Source: a virus. Taken from it: a stretch of 64,000 bases of DNA. The notes beneath the pieces were generated by a model that was given only the letters and a program-made list of their open reading frames with translations, was not told the DNA's origin and searched no databases. The number at the start of each line of letters is the position of its first letter. Position 1 is the first letter of the stretch. Of the stretch, positions 37,874-47,000 are shown one piece after another. Location of the stretch: the IMG/VR virus record IMGVR_UViG_3300045988_107225; one strand, 5' to 3'. The position numbers were made by a program, and so were the translations under genes.

Positions 37874-38161
37874 ATGGGAGTAAAAGAAATAAGAGAACTA
37901 CTTAGACTCTACAATCTCGAACATAGTGTCGTCCAGAACAAAAACTCTGGGCGGTATTCTATTATTCTCCATAACAACATCATAGGAACGAACGTAGATG
38001 GAGAGAAGGTAGTTGTGTTCAGAACCATTCCGGATGGAAGCAATACGTTCTCTATGGAGCGAAATAGATTCTATGAGGGGTTTGTAGAGGCTTTTGATGA
38101 CGATAAGGCGATTGAAGCCGTAAGACAGTATTTTGAGAAAAACAGAAATGATAGGGTATAA
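37874..38161 (+). CDS. hypothetical protein (95 aa)
   Basis: ORF track. Confidence 0.5.
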   Translation: MGVKEIRELLRLYNLEHSVVQNKNSGRYSIILHNNIIGTNVDGEKVVVFRTIPDGSNTFSMERNRFYEGFVEAFDDDKAIEAVRQYFEKNRNDRV

Positions 38162-38213
38162 GACGAAGATGGATTATATTACTATCGAAATGAGGTAAAA
38201 CAACGATAAAGCA

Positions 38214-38771
38214 ATGGAAAAGATGGATGATAATACTAAAAATATCCTTTATCCAAAAGGATCTATTTTTCGCATATTAAAAGATGATATAATCAGTGCC
38301 GAATTTAAAATCGTCAAAGGAGCTATAGCGGAGGCAGTATCAGACATAGAAGTAAATGATAAATATGCTGAGGTTTGTTGCAATGGGGAGACGTTCGTCA
38401 TAGAAACGGATATTATGGATATTATTCTTACCAAAGACCCCATAGAAAACAAATCGGTGAAAAATGACATCATTGATGATAAACTACGATGGGATTTGCT
38501 TCCAATGGAAGAGATTGAGGACATTGTAAAAGTCTATCATGCCGGAGCCAAAAAGTACGATCCTAATACTTGGCAGAACCTTGACAACGGATTTGAACGG
38601 TACCGTGCTGCGATGTTTCGACACCTGATGGAATACATGAAAGGGGAAAGAGTGGATTCCGATACAGGATGTTTTCATCTTGCACAATGTGCATGGAACT
38701 GCATAGCTATGCTGTGGTATGACAAGCATGGAAAAGGGTTGATACCATTAAATAAGGAGGGGAAAAAATGA
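38214..38771 (+). CDS. dATP/dGTP diphosphohydrolase-like (DUF5664-type) protein
   Basis: LRWDLLP ... GAKKYDPNTWQN ... FRHL ... HLAQCAWN matches the family pattern RYDLIP ... GAxKYG.NW ... RHL ... HLAHA as I recall it. Confidence 0.5.
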   Translation: MEKMDDNTKNILYPKGSIFRILKDDIISAEFKIVKGAIAEAVSDIEVNDKYAEVCCNGETFVIETDIMDIILTKDPIENKSVKNDIIDDKLRWDLLPMEEIEDIVKVYHAGAKKYDPNTWQNLDNGFERYRAAMFRHLMEYMKGERVDSDTGCFHLAQCAWNCIAMLWYDKHGKGLIPLNKEGKK

Positions 38772-39076
38772 CAATAGAACAACTAAATTATTTATTAAGA
38801 GAAGAGCTTTATGCTATAAAAAACCATAAAGACAATATTGATAGAATCAAAAAAGAATATTTTGATTCCAATTATGGGTTAAAAGAAGGAGATAAGATCC
38901 GTATTTTACACGAAGCAGGAGATGAAATGATAGGCTTCTTGAAAAAAGTTGAAGTATGTGAAGACGGAGATCTGTACTTGACAATACAAAAACAAAACGA
39001 AAAAGGTGACAGAGGCAGAGGAAAATGGAATATGTATCTATCATCAAAATTAATTAAAATTGAAAAATGTGTATAA
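38768..39076 (+). CDS. hypothetical protein (102 aa)
   Basis: ORF track; AAGGAGGGG upstream. Confidence 0.5.
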   Translation: MTIEQLNYLLREELYAIKNHKDNIDRIKKEYFDSNYGLKEGDKIRILHEAGDEMIGFLKKVEVCEDGDLYLTIQKQNEKGDRGRGKWNMYLSSKLIKIEKCV

Positions 39077-39080
39077 TACC

Positions 39081-40256
39081 ATGAGAGTGTTAAGTTTATT
39101 TGACGGAATGTCATGTGGTCAAATAGCGCTAAAAGAAATAGGGATCACACCTGAAGTATATTATGCATCAGAAATAGATAAGTTTGCTATTAAACAAACG
39201 CAATTAAATTTCCCTAATACGATACAAGTAGGAGATGTAAGGGATTTGAATGTAGAAGATCTTGGACACATAGATCTTATTTTAGCCGGCAGCCCATGTA
39301 CGGATATGTCCTTTTCTGGAAAAAGAAAAGGGTTGTCTACCGTAGAAGGAATAGAAATCAAATCACTTAATGAGTATCTTGAACTAAAAAAACAAGGATT
39401 TGAGTTTGCCGGTCAGTCTTACTTATTCTGGGAGTTTATTCGTATTTTGAATGATGTAAGAAAAACTAATCCTGATGTATTATTTCTTCTTGAGAACGTT
39501 AAGATGGGAAAGAAATGGGAGCCGGTATTTGATGATGCTATAGGGTGTAAAGGCAATCATATTAATTCGGCACTTGTTTCCGCTCAAACCAGGAAACGTA
39601 TTTATTGGACTAATATTCAAGACGGCATTATCCCTCAACCTAAAGACGAAGGTTTGACCATAAGTGATATAGCTGAATATGAAGTAGATGAAAAATATTA
39701 CTTATCTGAAAAAGTTTTAAACAATTTAACTTTTCACTTGAAAAGAAATCACGACAAGGGAAATTATTATGGAGCTAATATTAAAACAAAAGATGAAAAA
39801 TCCAATACTGTTACCGTAAAGGGTAAATACATGTACGATCTTATTTGTGTAGCAATGAGAGGTAAGAATCCAGAAAAACCTACATGTAGAGAATCTGGTC
39901 TTAAAACAGTTCAGATGATTGAATTTAAAAACGATGGAAAATCCAATTGTCTCACAACAGTTCAGAAAAATAATCTTATTTTCCAAATACCAAGAGGATT
40001 TAACAAAGGTGGATTTCATGAAGATAAGGCTCCAACATTATCTTGTAATTCATATGATAGAAACAATTTTATCATACAGAGAGCATTACATGGCGATTTC
40101 AAAATAAGAAGATTAACCCCTACAGAGTGCTCCAGGTTACAGACTGTACCAGATTGGTATAAATGGGAATGCAGCGAAACCCAACAGTACAAGATGTTGG
40201 GAAACGGATGGACTATTAAAGTGATTGAACATATACTTAAAAGAATAAAAGAATAA
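39081..40256 (+). CDS. DNA (cytosine-5)-methyltransferase (orphan, no REase seen)
   Basis: Motif I LSLFDGMSCG, motif IV GSPCTDMSF, motif VI LLENVKM, motif X LGNGWT, in C5-MTase order; track start 39060 is TTG, ATG at 39081. Confidence 0.8.
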   Translation: MRVLSLFDGMSCGQIALKEIGITPEVYYASEIDKFAIKQTQLNFPNTIQVGDVRDLNVEDLGHIDLILAGSPCTDMSFSGKRKGLSTVEGIEIKSLNEYLELKKQGFEFAGQSYLFWEFIRILNDVRKTNPDVLFLLENVKMGKKWEPVFDDAIGCKGNHINSALVSAQTRKRIYWTNIQDGIIPQPKDEGLTISDIAEYEVDEKYYLSEKVLNNLTFHLKRNHDKGNYYGANIKTKDEKSNTVTVKGKYMYDLICVAMRGKNPEKPTCRESGLKTVQMIEFKNDGKSNCLTTVQKNNLIFQIPRGFNKGGFHEDKAPTLSCNSYDRNNFIIQRALHGDFKIRRLTPTECSRLQTVPDWYKWECSETQQYKMLGNGWTIKVIEHILKRIKE

Positions 40257-40786
40257 TGATTAGAGCAAGATTTTACATTAAAAAATCCGACTGCGATAAC
40301 GACTACCGTCCAGTCAAATGGCCTATAAAATATCCATATTGGTGTAGTGGTGAATCCGATAATTCATTCATACTTGTAGCGTATGCCGAAGACGAAGACG
40401 GCATAAAAGAGCTGTGGCCGGAAGCATACGATATTAATGTCTTAGAAAAAGATACTGAGGTTAAATTCACATTAAGATTTCCTAAGCCGGAATGGTATGA
40501 ATTGTACGAAAGGGAATTAGAAGAATGTGATAGATTTATATGGGTTACGGATGCGTGCCTGAGAGACGGTATAATAAGAAAAGTAAAAGCTAAAATAGAA
40601 GAGTATGGTGGTCTTTTGTTAGCCGACATCCCTGATAGGTTCACTCCTTATGAAATAGGAATGGATGCTTTTGAGAGCAAAGAAGAAGCTTTAAAACATG
40701 CAGAGGAACGGAGAGCGCACCTGATCGAATCTATTAAGAAAAAATTGAATGAACTTGAAAATCTAAAATTTGAATGCGATGATTAA
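40256..40786 (+). CDS. hypothetical protein (176 aa)
   Basis: ORF track. Confidence 0.55.
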   Translation: MIRARFYIKKSDCDNDYRPVKWPIKYPYWCSGESDNSFILVAYAEDEDGIKELWPEAYDINVLEKDTEVKFTLRFPKPEWYELYERELEECDRFIWVTDACLRDGIIRKVKAKIEEYGGLLLADIPDRFTPYEIGMDAFESKEEALKHAEERRAHLIESIKKKLNELENLKFECDD

Positions 40787-41492
40787 CTATGCAGCAAAAG
40801 CCAGAAAAGCTTATTTGATAAACAATTTCGATAAGATTCTTAACAGTCTTAACACGCTTCATTCAACGGTCGAGACCATGACGTTATTCGTAAACGACCA
40901 GGCTTATAATTACATTCTTAAACTAAAGGAAATAATTAAAACCAGTCCTATGTATAAGCACAATATCAAGCGTCTTTTAAATGATATGGACAAAGAGATA
41001 AAGAAGTACAATGCTTCTATCTACTACATAAATAAAGAGCGTAGTGAGGTTATAGCTGATATAACACAAGTGATGGAAGATTACCTCATGCCATACATAG
41101 ACAACCTGGCCGGCGCTATAAGGGCAGCCGTGTGGTCGAGGGGTGTATCCGAGGAGCGGACGGAGGTGGCGGTACTGTCCCTAATCGTATCCTCCTTGGC
41201 CATGACATCAGGCAGACTTATTTCAGGTGGATATCAGATCATGAAAGAAATGGGTGGTGGCTGGGGTGGTAATCCATTTACGTTTATGAGCATTGATAAG
41301 ATAAGACACTTATCTACATCATTATCTGATGCTATTACCGGTGGAGAAATAGCTCTTGAAGAAAAAGAAACCAATGACATAACTAAGGCAATGGATGTTT
41401 TTATTGAGAAAATGTCTGATTCGGATATTGTTGATAAGGTGATCAGCATACTCGAAGAGGCAGAATCTAAAAATAAGGAGGAGCGATCGTGA
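40770..41492 (+). CDS. hypothetical protein (240 aa)
   Basis: ORF track; contains GC-rich patch 41100-41230. Confidence 0.5.
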   Translation: MNAMINYAAKARKAYLINNFDKILNSLNTLHSTVETMTLFVNDQAYNYILKLKEIIKTSPMYKHNIKRLLNDMDKEIKKYNASIYYINKERSEVIADITQVMEDYLMPYIDNLAGAIRAAVWSRGVSEERTEVAVLSLIVSSLAMTSGRLISGGYQIMKEMGGGWGGNPFTFMSIDKIRHLSTSLSDAITGGEIALEEKETNDITKAMDVFIEKMSDSDIVDKVISILEEAESKNKEERS

Positions 41493-41680
41493 ATTATTTG
41501 GATGGGTATGTAGAAGAAGTTCTTTCTGAGCCGTACTATGATGATTATGGCTCTGGAATTTTTAGGTGGTGGGTGAAAGTATCTTACGTTTGTTGTGGCA
41601 TAGGAGCTGTCACTACCTTAATGTTTGATACGAGAGAAGAAGCGGAAGCTGTAAAAACAGGTTATAAATTTTTATGTTGA
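41489..41680 (+). CDS. hypothetical protein (63 aa, GTG start)
   Basis: ORF track; GGAGGAG upstream. Confidence 0.35.
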   Translation: MNYLDGYVEEVLSEPYYDDYGSGIFRWWVKVSYVCCGIGAVTTLMFDTREEAEAVKTGYKFLC

Positions 41681-41687
41681 AAATAAT

Positions 41688-41924
41688 ATGAGGTATTTTA
41701 TTTTATTGATGGCACTTGTGTTATCATCATGTTCGCATGATGATAGTCAGGTTAATAACGGATGGGTTATATATGATCTACGTCCTTTAGAAGATGGAGG
41801 TATAATGTATTATGGTGAAGACGAAAGAATTTCAATATTTTATAATAATAGGCTTATAAAATTCGTTGGATACCAAGGGGAATACAATATCGGAGATTCT
41901 ATTAAGATCGTAAAAGTTAAATAA
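41688..41924 (+). CDS. putative lipoprotein (78 aa)
   Basis: Signal peptide MRYFILLMALVLSSC with lipobox LSSC. Confidence 0.55.
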   Translation: MRYFILLMALVLSSCSHDDSQVNNGWVIYDLRPLEDGGIMYYGEDERISIFYNNRLIKFVGYQGEYNIGDSIKIVKVK

Positions 41925-41925
41925 T

Positions 41926-42414
41926 ATGGAAAAGAATTTAAAACTCATATGTCCAAAATGTGGCACCCCTCACCAGCCTCATTCTCCGCACACGATGGAT
42001 GCAGATGGATTTGAAAGGAGTGAGATAAGAACTGTCATGGAAGACAGGGGATGGTGCTACGAATGCTCTTTTTGGCAAAACTTGTACGACAAACACAAAG
42101 ACGATCCGGGATGGGTTAGGATAGACGGTGTAAGCTGGGTGCTTAAGCCTATGGTGGAAAACGTACCGAGCGGATGGAACAGCCTTGGATGTGGTGGAAG
42201 AAAAATGTATATCAATATCGAAGGGAAAGGCATTGTTACATCAAATAACTGCTGGTGTCAAGGTGATGTTTCGGACGCATTCAAGGATCTTATGCCTGAT
42301 AATGCTACTTGGGCTACGAAGGAGGAATTTGACAAAGCTCCTGTAGTAGGACATATCATAGAAGGTATTGGTTTAGTTTTCACAGATAGGGGAGGTCATG
42401 AAGTTAATGCTTAG
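41926..42414 (+). CDS. Cys/His-rich hypothetical protein (162 aa)
   Basis: ORF track; CPKCGTPHQPHSPH. Confidence 0.55.
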   Translation: MEKNLKLICPKCGTPHQPHSPHTMDADGFERSEIRTVMEDRGWCYECSFWQNLYDKHKDDPGWVRIDGVSWVLKPMVENVPSGWNSLGCGGRKMYINIEGKGIVTSNNCWCQGDVSDAFKDLMPDNATWATKEEFDKAPVVGHIIEGIGLVFTDRGGHEVNA

Positions 42415-42460
42415 AAACTTATTTCATGTTCTGCTTATACAAGAAAAGATGGTAACTACA

Positions 42461-42501
42461 ACAGTCCCCAACCATACAATAGGCGTACGGTTGGGGACTG
42501 T
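42461..42501. terminator. bidirectional terminator hairpin at the convergence of + and - modules
   Basis: Perfect 13-bp stem ACAGTCCCCAACC / GGTTGGGGACTGT with a 15-nt loop, ending 2 nt from the stop of the - strand gene. Confidence 0.5.
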
Positions 42502-42503
42502 TG

Positions 42504-43184
42504 TCATATCGTAAAATTAAGTGTTTTTTCTAATATCAGGTATTCAGTATGAACTTTACTTCCGTCATCATCTATCAAGTCCAAATTAATATAAGCTGTA
42601 TATGATACATGATGATCACCAGGAGCAAGACGTTTCATTTCTGATAAGAACATAGAATTTAAACCTTGGCCAGACCATGATTCTGGATATGGCAAAGGTT
42701 TAAAGTCGGCGTCTGTACATCTTACAGCCCAAGTAAGATTAGGATCTGCCCTAACTATTCTATCATGAGGTCCATCAATTACAAGATCTGGCATCTCATA
42801 TTGGTAACTATCATAATTAAGGACAATAGGATCACCAAAGTTTACACCGTATATAGCAGCAGGTGGAGTAAAGCTTGTTATTAAAAAGGTTCTATTAATC
42901 CTATTGGTTGTTCTTAGCGTAAACTCATCAGGTGCTATCACACTTACTCTAAATCCATAATAAGGAGAGGTTGTTAAAGCAATAGCAAGAACCACCGAAT
43001 CCTGTTCAAGCAATTCCTCTGTCGTATCAACCTGACTATCGATCTCTTGCCTATCTTCCATTGGAACACCGCCTTGGACACTTATGGAATCCAGCCGTTC
43101 TTTTTTAGACAGAAAGATAAATTGCCCGCCCTGTGGAATGGTGCCTACTTTCTTTCCTTCTACGATTACCCCCCCCCTATACAA
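42504..43184 (-). CDS. hypothetical protein (226 aa if TTG start; first in-frame ATG at 43061)
   Basis: ORF track; G9 tract at codons 3-5 of the TTG-initiated ORF. Confidence 0.5.
   Translation of the reverse strand: MYRGGVIVEGKKVGTIPQGGQFIFLSKKERLDSISVQGGVPMEDRQEIDSQVDTTEELLEQDSVVLAIALTTSPYYGFRVSVIAPDEFTLRTTNRINRTFLITSFTPPAAIYGVNFGDPIVLNYDSYQYEMPDLVIDGPHDRIVRADPNLTWAVRCTDADFKPLPYPESWSGQGLNSMFLSEMKRLAPGDHHVSYTAYINLDLIDDDGSKVHTEYLILEKTLNFTI
43169..43177. repeat. C9/G9 homopolymeric tract at the 5' end of - strand gene 42504-43184
   Basis: Read directly: TTACCCCCCCCCTAT; encodes R-G-G at codons 3-5 if the TTG start is used, otherwise about 110 nt upstream of the first ATG. Confidence 0.7.
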
Positions 43185-43244
43185 TCGCTAACTATCTTAT
43201 ACTCATATAGTTTAGCATTATTTTCAAATCTTCTTCTCATAATT

Positions 43245-43949
43245 TCATAAAATTAATTCGGTAAAGGGGCGGACATAACGTGGATTACTCCTTGTACTTG
43301 TATCCAAATGATCTCCTTGGATGTTTATATCATAATACCACGAATAGGTAAATTGTGTAGATTGAGTGGATGTCCACATTTTATTACTCATTATCGTACC
43401 TCCTACCATTAAAAGGCATTCGTTTATTTCATTCGCATACAATGATATCAAAAAAAACTCTCCGGCGCCACCTACATATCCATTTTGACCATTTTTAAAT
43501 AAATAGCTATTAGCTTTATTAAAAGCGTAATCTGTATTACTGGTATCATATTCAAGATACGCATTCTGATTTTCACGCCCCCAATAATCCTTTTTAACGG
43601 TCTCCATATAAGAACTATTTTGTGCAAATACATTGTCTACTTCTCCATCCTTACCCCAACGAAATGTGCCAATATATTCGGTGGCTATAACAAAACACAC
43701 TTTATCTACAAGAGCTATTCCATTGCATAGATCATTGGAATATCCTTTATTAGACCAATTTTCTTTTGTATATAATCCTCCATCTACATGTTGGATGTAT
43801 ATGCCTTTATTGATTATAAGCGAGGGATTTACCCCCATCCCTATTTGAAATCTTCGTCTCATGATTTTTGTTTGCAAGATAGCAATAATTGACAACATAA
43901 AAGAAACCGGTTCCCTATCATCTCTGACTGAGAACCGGTAAGAAAACAA
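43245..43949 (-). CDS. hypothetical protein (TTG track start; in-frame ATGs at 43898 and 43862)
   Basis: ORF track. Confidence 0.5.
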   Translation of the reverse strand: MFSYRFSVRDDREPVSFMLSIIAILQTKIMRRRFQIGMGVNPSLIINKGIYIQHVDGGLYTKENWSNKGYSNDLCNGIALVDKVCFVIATEYIGTFRWGKDGEVDNVFAQNSSYMETVKKDYWGRENQNAYLEYDTSNTDYAFNKANSYLFKNGQNGYVGGAGEFFLISLYANEINECLLMVGGTIMSNKMWTSTQSTQFTYSWYYDINIQGDHLDTSTRSNPRYVRPFTELIL

Positions 43950-44076
43950 TTTCAGAAAAAATTAAACCTACATAATCTTTCAAGTAAGAACAAAAAAACG
44001 TACAATCTACTCTTTGACGATGCTAATATAACATATTGGAATCATACAAAAACAATGCAAGTCCGATATTCTTCGT

Positions 44077-47000
44077 CTATTTGTAACTAACGTCATCGTC
44101 TCCTTCCGAATCAGGAGTAGCGCCGATGAAGAACATCATTGACTTGTTGTTTGTCTGCTGCCACCAATTATAGGCGCGCGCTACGTCTTCCGGCGTCTTG
44201 ATATTATACCATTGTTTGATAAACGTCTGTTTGGCGAGTTGCCTAAATAGCTTAGACTCTCCTTTGTATGTACCGGATGTTACTTTATCAAGTGAATAAT
44301 TCCTAAGATCGGTAAGATCCTTCAGCTTCCTTCCCATAACAAACGGGTCGTTAATGATATCTACAACGTTAAGCTCCATAATAAACGGCATCTGTGAAGC
44401 TATTTCGTTTATGGTTCTGAATCCAACGTAAGATCCAAATTGAGTAAGCCAACTTTCTTCGTTTTCATCATCATCACGCCATCCGGCAAGAAGCATGGAT
44501 ACGGCTTGCATGATAAGGAACGTGCCGGCATAGACACTGAGGCGTTTGAGATTAGTTTTTTCTACCTCATTCATATTGTCTTTATTTTCGTTCCAGGCAT
44601 CTATGATGTTTTTCATACCAGACTCGGAAGCCAGGCTAAATGTTTTGGCTATCATATTCTTTAACGTAATTGACAACCCTTCCTCTTCTTGCATTGTTTG
44701 GAAATTGAAGCCACGTCTTTTCCACAGACGTTGAGCCGCCAGCACCAACCATCCTCGGTGGGCGGTCATGAACCTGGCTATCCAGTTGCGCGATGCGGCA
44801 GTTCGGTTTTCTTCATTCAAAGATCCGTTACATATCTGCGACAAGCTACGGACTTGATTCCTGGTTATAGCCATCTGGGTTTCAACTTCCTCAACAGTAA
44901 CACCCGATCCTGGCTTTACAACCACCTTCCCATCCACGACGTCTACCATACTCCATAAAGTACGATCTTTTAATGCATTCCATTCTCTTTTTATGGTACT
45001 CTGTTCTTTATTGCGTTCTTTTTCCATCTTGAAATCTTGGAACGTGTAGAACCGACCTTTGTAATAACGAACATTGTCCATAGTAGCAATCATAACCTGC
45101 GGATCAAGAGGGTAGTTCAGGATTTCCATAAAAGCATACATAGGTGAACGCATTAAGGTCCTGGCCACTCTATTGTATCCGGCACCATACATACGATTTC
45201 GGATATTGAATATCCCCATTCTCTCACCTATGACATATAATTTGCTTTTCCTATCTATGTCTCCGGTTTCTGCTATACAAGATGGAGCAAGGCGTGAAAA
45301 TTCAGCCGATGCGTATTTAAGGGAATCTTTACTTATATACTGTCCTACGGCAGATTCCATGATGAGGTTGATATGACCTGTTAAGGCGCCGGTAGCTGCC
45401 ACAAACGGGGACAGTGCCAAGTTCATGACCGACATAAATCTTTCAACAGCCATCATAATTCTTGTAAGGTCTACCGTATATCCTCCGATGTTCACCGTAA
45501 GTTTTTTGGTGTTCATCCTAATGCCATAATAATGATCGTTGAAGAAGTCCCTGAACATCTGATATGCTTGGGTTGCTTCAGCCTTCTTACCGCCTTCAAA
45601 TTGTTTGTTCAGCAACATCTGCTCCAGTCCTTGAGCGAGCTCTATAGACTTCTGCTTTTCGTTATATAACGATGACTGCATCATAAGCATAGAATAAGAG
45701 TAGCCAAAATCGTGAGATACATCATCTTGGTTCTCCAATTCATATATGTAGTATTTGGGTATAGACCTAAGTCTGTCTTCCGGATCATATACCTCCCCTT
45801 GTCTGGTTTTACCGTATAAAGAATCGTCTACTCTGTCCAGGCACAGATCTGATACAAAATTACGAACCGTATTTTTGAAGTTAATACCCAATCCTTCTAT
45901 ACGTTCTATATCTTGTTTTGATATCTGTGGAATAGCATACAGGTTCGGGCTCTGCTCTTTGTATAGATCAAGGGATTGTCTTTTTATTTCCTTGAGTTTT
46001 TGAATCATATTCCACTGCTCTACGTTTTTAGTAGCAACTTCATTACCGTCAGCATCATACTTGATACCAAAGTCATTGAAATACGATTCATCACGATACA
46101 GGCTTTTCTTAGGCATGCGATGACCATACCCATGATCTTTTACATAATCAGGATTACGGCCGCTATTTTCGGCTTCAGATTCAGCCACCCATGCCCTTGC
46201 AGGATCGAAAGACAGGTACGATATGTCCATGCCATAATCTTGGGTGGATGTACCGTTTTGTACGTCCTTAACCATCTGCGCCACATCTATCTCACCTCGA
46301 CCTATTTTGTCGATCATGGCCGCATATCCGGTAGGCGCCATGCGTTTATAGTACGAAAAGACCTGGATCCTGGCAAATTCATTAACAATAGCATTGGTCT
46401 CTTCTATGCCCTCTTCTCTTGTATTATTTAAAAACAAGCTGGCCATCTTAGCATTAACAGCATTCCTGAAATCTCTACCGTCTAATTCTTTGCTTATACC
46501 AAGCTTTTCTGACAGGTAGTTGGTTTCAGATACGGTAAACAGATATCGGTTATCAGCAGCCTTAAACAGCTTATCCCTTAAAGCCTGAATCCTTTTTGCT
46601 TTCTTCGCCGTAGTATGACGTTGTACGAACTTCCATTCCACTTCCTTGGAGTCAGCAAGAGCATTTAAATAAGACTGATTTACTTCGTTTTCGGCCTTAC
46701 TGCTTTTAGTAAGGTACTTATCAATATCTTCAAGACCCACCATCTTAGCATAATCTATTAAGATAGCGTAATCAGCTTCAATAGCTTCAGATGCGGCCCT
46801 AAAAGCATCTCTTTCAGATGAGGTAAATGTCGCTTCGTTAATTTCTCCGATATCAGCCACATCTCGGTTGTTTCCGATTATTTCCTTGATAATGGCCTTA
46901 TTTTTTTCTATATCTTTCACAATCGAATCCACGTCAGTCGCATCTCTATCACTTGTCGTAGAACTAATGATATCATGCGCCATTTTAAGATACGAAGCCT

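Noticed and set aside
291-41449. Numerous - strand ORFs in the track lying antisense to + strand genes (for example 291-485, 1191-1529, 2219-2535, 5814-6179, 14034-14552, 30502-30807, 38249-38729)
   Set aside because: They lie entirely inside longer + strand genes in a region where every confident gene is + strand. They are typical antisense artefacts of an AT-rich genome.
3095-41488. Strong AGGAGG Shine-Dalgarno motifs before some genes (3110, 25285, 29490, 33066, 38768, 41489) as evidence against a Bacteroidota host
   Set aside because: Only a minority of genes have them and phages often deviate from host norms. It is not decisive either way.
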